This document shows positions 58,000-64,000 of a stretch of DNA of 64,000 nucleotides, piece after piece; positions within the stretch are counted from its first letter, which is position 1; each line of letters starts with the position of its first letter. The stretch is from an uncultured delta proteobacterium (GTDB taxonomy: Bacteria > Desulfobacterota > Binatia > Binatales > Binataceae): contig CAVZGB010000020.1 in NCBI GenBank assembly GCA_963774665.1, forward strand, positions 226,797 to 290,796, in the 5' to 3' direction. The notes under the pieces are model-generated. The model worked only from the letters and a program-made list of their open reading frames with translations. It had not been told where the DNA came from and did no database searches. The translations under genes were made by a program, and so were the position numbers.

Positions 58000-59639
58000 C
58001 GATGAACCGGCGGATAAAATCTGTACCGGGCCGGCGCGGTAAATATCTGCGCTTTGCCGCAGGCGTGTTCGCAATTGCAGTTGGGCTTGTCGCGATTGGC
58101 CCTTATCCGGCCGCGGCTCAGACCAGCCTGACCGGGCTGCACGTCGGGACCGACATAACCGTCCAGCTGAACAGCACCATCCTGACGCCCCAGCAGGTAC
58201 AGTGCTATAAGTTTCCCGCGAGCATGGGCACGGCACTGACGCGCTTTGGGCCGCTCCCCGCGGGCGTGGACGTTGCCGCTTATTGGCCGTTCGGGATACT
58301 GGTCGTTATCAGTACCACTGCCGCGCTGCCGACGGACGGCAGCGGAGATACCGTGACGGTATCTCCTCGGGACGTCGCGTTGTTCAACTTCGACTCTCAA
58401 TTTTACTCGCCGACGCTCTTTTTCCAGGGATCGAGCAACGGAGTTCCCGACGGCACGCAAATCGACTCCCTCGGACAGGACTCGCTGGGAAAACTGCTGC
58501 TCTCGTTCGATGTGACTGTCAGGTTACCCAAGGCTGGCGGTGGCACGCTGACGGTCAAGCCTGCTGACCTCGTCTCGTTCGACGGCTCTGCTTACACGCT
58601 GGTTTTCGACAGCACCGCTGCCGGCATCCCGGATGGAATGATCCTGGACGGCGCTTCGCTGCTGCCCAATGGCCACTTGCTGATGGTGTTCAACCAATCC
58701 GGCTCGCTCGGCGGGACTGATTTCACGCCCACGGACGTGCTGGAATATAATCCCGCCGCCAACAGTTGGTCGATCTCATTCAACGGCGCAGCCCAGGATG
58801 GTTGGCCGGACGGCAGCATGATGCGCGGCGTTGTCGGAGATGAGGCGTCGAGCGCAAGCGACACCGCCACTCCGACGACGAAGGCGACGCCAACCGTAAC
58901 TGCGACCGCAACAGCTACAGTGATTACCACATCGACCGGGACCGCAACGCCAACTGCAAATGCGAGTGCAACAGCCACGAGGACTGCCACGTCGACCAGA
59001 ACCGCGACGCAGACGGCAACTGCGACGGCGACTTCGACCGCAACTGCGACGGCAACCGGGACGGCAAAGGGGACTGCTACCTCGACCGCAACCGCGACTC
59101 CGACCGCAACGCCGACGACGAGGGCGACTCCAACCGTAACTGCGACCGCAACAGCCACGAGGACCGCCACGTCGACCAGAACCGCGACGCAGACGGTAAC
59201 TGCGACGGCGACTTCGACCGCAACTGCGACGGCAACAAGGACGGCGACCAGGACGGCTACGCCGACCGCAACCGCGACGTCATCCAAATCGCCTACGCCG
59301 ACTGCCACGCCTACTCCGGGAACGCTCAAGGTCAAACCGAAGACGCTCAGGTTCCCAAAGACGACTGTCGGAAAGACCAGTGAACCCAAAAAGGTCAAGG
59401 TATCCAATCCAAACGGCAAGAACCATCAAGCGCTTCCGGTCGTGATCGAGATGATCTCAGATCCGGGAGTGTTCACGCAGACCAACGACTGCCCAGCCAG
59501 TCTGGAGCCCGGCACGTTCTGCGCCATTTCGGTCAGGTTCAAGGCCAGCGCCGATATGAAACAGACCGGAACACTCAAGATCAGCGATAATGCGCACGGC
59601 GGTATCGCGTCGGTCTCGCTGCGCGGCACCGGCCAATAA
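58000..59639 (+). CDS. Secreted protein with a Thr/Ala/Pro-rich tandem-repeat linker and a C-terminal choice-of-anchor-D-like domain
   Basis: Signal peptide, N-terminal domain, about 150 aa of T/A-rich repeats, then LKVKPKTLRFPKTTVGKTSEPKKVKVSNPNGKNHQALPVV...CPASLEPGTFCAISVRF. Confidence 0.65.
58870..59300 (+). repeat. Tandem DNA repeat encoding the TATATRTATSTRTATQT linker
   Basis: A ~240-nt unit (58885..59124) repeats from 59125, with nested ACNGCGAC sub-repeats. Confidence 0.6.
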
Positions 59640-60006
59640 GCAGCGCCTGAATCCATCGCGAACTTGCATTTCAATCAGCGTTCTTTGTTGCGCTCTTTTT
59701 CCCAACATCCAATTTAGGCCGTAATGGCGGAAGAATTCGCCGCTTCGACTCTGGCCCGATTTCTAACGGCAGCCAGTCCTGTATTTTCAAATTCTCTGGC
59801 AAAGACTCGAAAACAGCCCGCAAGGCAGCCCGCATTTTCTCTCGGCTTACGCACCGGACAAACCTAAGGGCGCTTGGCGACAAGTTGAATCAGAGAATTT
59901 GACGCTAGTGACCGGTTTGCGCCAGACTGCCCGTCCGTTCTCGGTGCTGTCTGCCGACTTATGGGCAGCGCGGCGCCGCAAGTAAATCGGCGAAATAGGC
60001 AAGAGC

Positions 60007-60615
60007 ATGTCTGCGAACTTAATACCGACACGTTCTCGGATTTTCTATTTATTAATCGGGCTCGCGCTGCTGACCGGTGGCTTCCTTATGGGCTGGCATT
60101 TAAGTCGCCGACCCCTCGGTTTCAGGCACCCTATGCACTACCTCAGTCATAAGGGAGATGCCCAAGACCAAGTTCGCGCGGAAGTCCTTGCCTCGTTAAG
60201 AGCGTTCCAATCAGGCTATACGAAAAGAGATCCAGCCATGATACCTGCGTTCATGGAGCAGCTGTTTCCGAAAGATCGGGACATCTTGGTCTTGGGCACG
60301 GAATCAGGGGAATGGATTGAGGGTTACCAGGGAGTGGAGGCCCTCATCGAAAACGACTGGCGTGGCTGGGGCGACGTCCGGCTCGATGTAGAGGATGCGA
60401 CGGTTTCCGCCGACAAAGAGGTTGCGTGGGCGACGACCGTTGGAACTGTCGGTAATGGATCCTCGTCGCGCGCAATTCGCTTCGCGGCGGTGTTGAATCG
60501 AATCAACGGTCGCTGGTTGTTTCGGCACATCGTGTTCCAATGGGACGACATACCTGAGAGCTTGTCAGAACTGCTCCGCCGATCGATTCCCGGCGCGTCT
60601 GCATCGAGTCGATAA
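60007..60615 (+). CDS. Membrane-anchored NTF2-like (SnoaL/DUF4440-like) protein
   Basis: N-terminal TM helix, then a ~150-aa domain with an NTF2-like pattern (...NGRWLFRHIVFQWDD). Confidence 0.45.
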   Translation: MSANLIPTRSRIFYLLIGLALLTGGFLMGWHLSRRPLGFRHPMHYLSHKGDAQDQVRAEVLASLRAFQSGYTKRDPAMIPAFMEQLFPKDRDILVLGTESGEWIEGYQGVEALIENDWRGWGDVRLDVEDATVSADKEVAWATTVGTVGNGSSSRAIRFAAVLNRINGRWLFRHIVFQWDDIPESLSELLRRSIPGASASSR

Positions 60616-60792
60616 TGGATGGCATTGCCGTGTAATCGCAGATTGTCTAGACGGCAGACTATTAAACTCAACCTGCAATCCACCTATATCGCCGACGTGC
60701 ATCTTCACGTTCGATATTGAAAAGTCGGTGAATACTGCCTGATGTGCTGAGCCTCCCAAGCAAATCATTAGTTTGCTCCGAAGGTTACCGGA

Positions 60793-61605
60793 TTGCTCGA
60801 ACGACGGCGCACGATGATCTCAACTAGAATAAAAAACTCGATCTCGCAAATTCGGTTTGGCTATCGAGGATACGCGAAATGGTCGAATTTCGCCGACTGG
60901 AACTCTTTCGGAACGCTGAGTACGAATTCCGACAACGCATTCCACGACTTCCTTGAGACGCGTAAAGAAGGCGGCCCTGGAATCTGGAAATGGAATCACT
61001 ATTTCGACATATACGACAGGCATTTTAGTCGCTTCCGCGGCCGCGAAGTACATGTATTGGAAATCGGCATATATAGCGGAGGCAGCCTCGAATTGTGGCG
61101 CAATTATTTCGGTCAGAACTGCCACATATACGGCATCGATATTGAACCTGCATGCATGGCTTATGAGGGTGACAGTGTCCGCGTATTCATTGGCGATCAA
61201 GGGGACCGCGCATTCTGGAAGCAATTTCGGCAAGCAGTTCCAACGCTCGATATAGTTGTTGACGATGGTGGCCACCTTCCCGAGCAACAGATAGTCACAA
61301 TCGAAGAATTGCTGCCGTATCTCAGACCCGGTGGCGTGTATCTGTGCGAAGACCGACACGGGAAACAGAACGGGTTTGCCGCTTACGTCTATGGGATGTC
61401 ATGGAATATCAATGCGATCGACCAGATTCAAGAAAATTTTGAAAATCCCGAGCGCAGGTTGTTGTGCAAAGCGTCCGCGCTGCAAGCCGCTATCAAATCT
61501 ATACACCTTTACCCGTTTGTTACCGTGATCGAAAAAAACGACGCGAAAACGACAGAGCTCGTTGCTCCCAAGGTCGGCACGAAATGGCAGCCATTTTATA
61601 AGTGA
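60793..61605 (+). CDS. CmcI-family class I SAM-dependent methyltransferase (glycan O-methylation type)
   Basis: GIWKWNHYFDIYDRHF...VHVLEIGIYSGGSLELW...IYGIDIEP...VDDGGH, as in the CmcI/rhamnosyl-O-methyltransferase family. Confidence 0.7.
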   Translation: MLERRRTMISTRIKNSISQIRFGYRGYAKWSNFADWNSFGTLSTNSDNAFHDFLETRKEGGPGIWKWNHYFDIYDRHFSRFRGREVHVLEIGIYSGGSLELWRNYFGQNCHIYGIDIEPACMAYEGDSVRVFIGDQGDRAFWKQFRQAVPTLDIVVDDGGHLPEQQIVTIEELLPYLRPGGVYLCEDRHGKQNGFAAYVYGMSWNINAIDQIQENFENPERRLLCKASALQAAIKSIHLYPFVTVIEKNDAKTTELVAPKVGTKWQPFYK

Positions 61606-62450
61606 CCACAGCGACCCCCAGAACCCGGTGGTCCGATGAGGCCGCTCGGGCATTTCACAAGTTAGATCAGCGGACGTATACAGCGGACGTGGCTGGGGAA
61701 TCGACAGAGATCGAGTTCCTGATTGTCACGCCAACTTATCACCGTGAGTCCCTGCTGATCCGTTTCTTGAAACAGGTCAGGGCTCAGACTTACGGTCGTT
61801 GGAGACTTTTGGTGGTGCACGATGGGGCCAATCCTCTTACCGAGGAGTTGGTCGGCCGTTTTCGGATGCAGGACCCGCGTATCGAATACCTCCATACCGA
61901 GACCCGTGGAAACGATTTCGGCGTGACTCCACGGCTTGAAGCGCTGCGCCATGCGGTCCAAAAGAATCCGCCGGCCTATGCCGTTTTCTGGGACGATGAT
62001 GATTACTTTGTGAGAACCGCACTCGAGACGATCGCCGCAAACCTCAAGGCGGCCAGCTATCCTGCAATGCTGCTGTCTCCAAACCGCTATCGCAACCGCA
62101 TCATTCCGCCGCCTGGAATCTCTGTCAGCGACCTGGCAACCGGGCAGGTGACTACCGGCAACATCGCAGTCCGAGTTTCACTTGCGCTGCAGGCGTATGA
62201 GCATATCGCCATCATAAAGGATCATTCCTCGAACAGTCTGATGTATGTGCAGGACTATCTGCTTTTTGACCAGATTCGAAAGCAGGAGCCTCAGCCGTCT
62301 ATCGAAGTGGCCCGCGATGCGGTGATCGGCATCCACGACGGCTTGCGCCGGCAGGTCTACTTGAGAAGCCTGTTGGGAATTCCCCCTATCGGACTGCTCA
62401 ACCGCGAGCGAATCAGCAAGCTCATGTTCTGGAAGACTGGTTTACGGTGA
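61602..62450 (+). CDS. Glycosyltransferase family 2
   Basis: IVTPTYHRESLL...LLVVHDGANP, with DxD in WDDDDYF. GTG start overlaps the upstream stop (GTGA). Confidence 0.75.
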   Translation: MTTATPRTRWSDEAARAFHKLDQRTYTADVAGESTEIEFLIVTPTYHRESLLIRFLKQVRAQTYGRWRLLVVHDGANPLTEELVGRFRMQDPRIEYLHTETRGNDFGVTPRLEALRHAVQKNPPAYAVFWDDDDYFVRTALETIAANLKAASYPAMLLSPNRYRNRIIPPPGISVSDLATGQVTTGNIAVRVSLALQAYEHIAIIKDHSSNSLMYVQDYLLFDQIRKQEPQPSIEVARDAVIGIHDGLRRQVYLRSLLGIPPIGLLNRERISKLMFWKTGLR

Positions 62451-62495
62451 TGGGCGGGGCGGCTTTCTGCCCGCGTCGCTTCAAACCATTCAGGT

Positions 62496-63590
62496 TTAAA
62501 TAACGCCCTCGCGCACCTCCCCCGCTGGTACCCACAATCCTTTCGAGGCGAGCCACTCGCGGAAGTGCTGAACCACTCGCTCCTCGGTACACTCGCGTCG
62601 GGCGAAGCGTCGTCCGTTTTCACCGAGACTCTTGCAGAGGGCAGGAGCTTTCCAGAGTCGTTCGGTTGCCTCAGCCAGGGCAGCTGCCGAGCGAGGGGGG
62701 ATAGTTACCGCGTTGTACCCATCTTGTGCGTAATCGCGAACGCCTTCCGAGTCCGTAACAATGAATGCTTTGCCCAGGTGCATCGCCGCAACGATTGTCA
62801 CGTGACCGCAAGGGACTTCGGAGTGCACTAGCGGAAGAACCATGAATCGCGAATGCAAAAGTAAGTTCATGGCCTGACCAAACTGCAAGTTGGTATGGAC
62901 AGTGACATTAGACGGGACATCCAGGCCTGAGAGACTCTCTGGACGCACGAGGCAAACGAACCGGATATGCGGTATCAGGCGCGCAGCTTCAAGCAGGGTT
63001 CCGTAATCACGCGCGTTACCGCCGATAGCACACACATATTCGCCTGGTTCCAGGGGATGCTCAGGTGAGTCGACCGGTGGGGGGTTAACTCCCCAATGCA
63101 CCATGTCAAAACGATCCTCAGGCAGATCAAAGGCCTTGGCATAGAGACTGCGCTCGAGACTCGAAAAGACGACGAATCGGTCGACGTTAGAGAGCATCGA
63201 GCCCAACACCGTCCGTTTGGTCGCATTTGGCAACTCGGTGAAGTTAAATGAGTGCGCGACGATCGGTATCTTCAGCCGAAGGATTCGCGCAAAGAGTCCG
63301 CACCATGCTGCCAAGGCAGGACCGTGCGTGACGATAACGTCCGCCTTCTTTTTTCGAGCGAGCCTTACTGCCTCAAGTGAAGCGCGCAAGCGTGGCAGGT
63401 TCAAAGAAGTGATACCCCGCTCAAATAGGTTTCGGGGGACAGCACGAACAAATTCAAAGCGGACTCCAGTGTCGGAAAGTGGCTCCTCAATCCATCGCCA
63501 CTTCGAGTCCGCGAAATCAGCACAGCAGACCACGAGGCCTGAAGGACGAGGCGTCGAGGCGTTCGAAGCGATTTCAACCGGACCTTTCAT
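62496..63590 (-). CDS. Glycosyltransferase family 4 (GT-B, retaining)
   Basis: C-terminal EGFG-type block ...SEGVRDYAQDGYNAVTIPP... and a typical GT4 N-terminus. Start chosen at Met 63590. Confidence 0.75.
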   Translation of the reverse strand: MKGPVEIASNASTPRPSGLVVCCADFADSKWRWIEEPLSDTGVRFEFVRAVPRNLFERGITSLNLPRLRASLEAVRLARKKKADVIVTHGPALAAWCGLFARILRLKIPIVAHSFNFTELPNATKRTVLGSMLSNVDRFVVFSSLERSLYAKAFDLPEDRFDMVHWGVNPPPVDSPEHPLEPGEYVCAIGGNARDYGTLLEAARLIPHIRFVCLVRPESLSGLDVPSNVTVHTNLQFGQAMNLLLHSRFMVLPLVHSEVPCGHVTIVAAMHLGKAFIVTDSEGVRDYAQDGYNAVTIPPRSAAALAEATERLWKAPALCKSLGENGRRFARRECTEERVVQHFREWLASKGLWVPAGEVREGVI

Positions 63591-63895
63591 TTTCAATACT
63601 GAATCGGAATAGCCCCGATTTTTCGGCCACCTCCCATGGCAATCTTCTTCAGTGTAACGGCCACGAACTGATCTTCCTGTCTCAGTCACCCTATCGTCGT
63701 TATTTCTTGCCACCCCACATCCGCGTGGATGTTCGGAGCGACCCGCGCGCACTTTAGGGCGGTGCTTTTCACCCCACCGAAGAGCGCTTTAGGTGAATCC
63801 TGCCGCTGGTTTGCAGCGAATTCGTAGGAAGATAAGAAAACGAGCGATTGGCTGATTCGACAACATCATAGCGCATGGAACTGTAAGGATTAGCG

Positions 63896-64000
63896 ATGAC
63901 CGCAATTCTGGGTTTGAGCGGGCTTGCCAACTCTGTTCGCTTCAAGCGGGCACATTGGCCAGCTCTGGAGGAACGGGAATACAGGATTTCGCAGGGATTC
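63896..64000 (+). CDS. 5' end of an unidentified gene, truncated by the window edge
   Basis: MTAILGLSGLANSVRFKRAHWPALEEREYRISQGF...; only 35 codons are visible. Confidence 0.25.
   Translation, partial: MTAILGLSGLANSVRFKRAHWPALEEREYRISQGF

Overview
This 64-kb window is high-GC chromosomal DNA from an aerobic bacterium, with about 75 supportable genes and one tRNA.

- **Lasso-peptide gene set (1-3.4 kb).** This is the left half of a lasso-peptide gene set: precursor peptide, HPr-kinase-like kinase, split B2 protease and B1 (PqqD) leader-recognition protein, and an MFS transporter. The precursor carries the YxxPxLx3Gx5Tx leader motif, giving a predicted 17-aa core AKSNGGTDGVPGAHHNV. No cyclase is present in the window.
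- **Small modules (4.4-13.4 kb).** These are a VapBC toxin-antitoxin pair, a tRNA-Ser(UGA), an ECF41 sigma-factor operon with an intact TGTCACA-N16-CGTC promoter, and a Met-rich dihaem cytochrome c.
- **Respiration (13.7-26.4 kb).** There is a flavin monooxygenase-P450-ferredoxin operon and two terminal oxidases, an aa3-type (subunits II, I, III, IV) and a ba3-type (subunits IIa, II, I). Between them sit a decayed nirK pseudogene and a CBS-domain remnant, both upstream of a c-type cytochrome.
- **Oxygenase-rich block (27-47 kb).** It holds a Baeyer-Villiger monooxygenase, a family-III CoA-transferase, two SDRs, a PhyH dioxygenase, tandem amidohydrolase paralogues, three LLM oxidoreductases, two ACAD-fold flavin monooxygenases, a carboxymuconolactone-decarboxylase-family protein, an NTF2/SnoaL-like protein and GST YghU. 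An integrase remnant interrupts the block.
- **Protease-inhibitor pair and molybdoenzyme (46.9-52 kb).** A papain-like (C1) peptidase with no signal peptide or pro-domain lies convergent to a chagasin-family inhibitor. The inhibitor appears co-operonic with a CoxSLM-type molybdenum hydroxylase.
- **Candidate undescribed module (52.2-55.8 kb).** It is a 557-aa protein with no recognisable family, followed by a purine-nucleoside-phosphorylase/MTA-nucleosidase-fold (PNP_UDP_1-like) protein carrying a unique 100-aa N-terminal extension, followed by an orphan receiver-domain response regulator.
- **Right end (57-64 kb).** Secreted beta-helix and Thr/Ala-repeat proteins carry choice-of-anchor-D-like domains. 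A lower-GC glycan-modification cluster follows (CmcI-type methyltransferase, GT2, GT4).
- **Repeated element.** A roughly 120-nt non-coding element occurs twice (22.6 kb and 26.4 kb) at about 80% identity.
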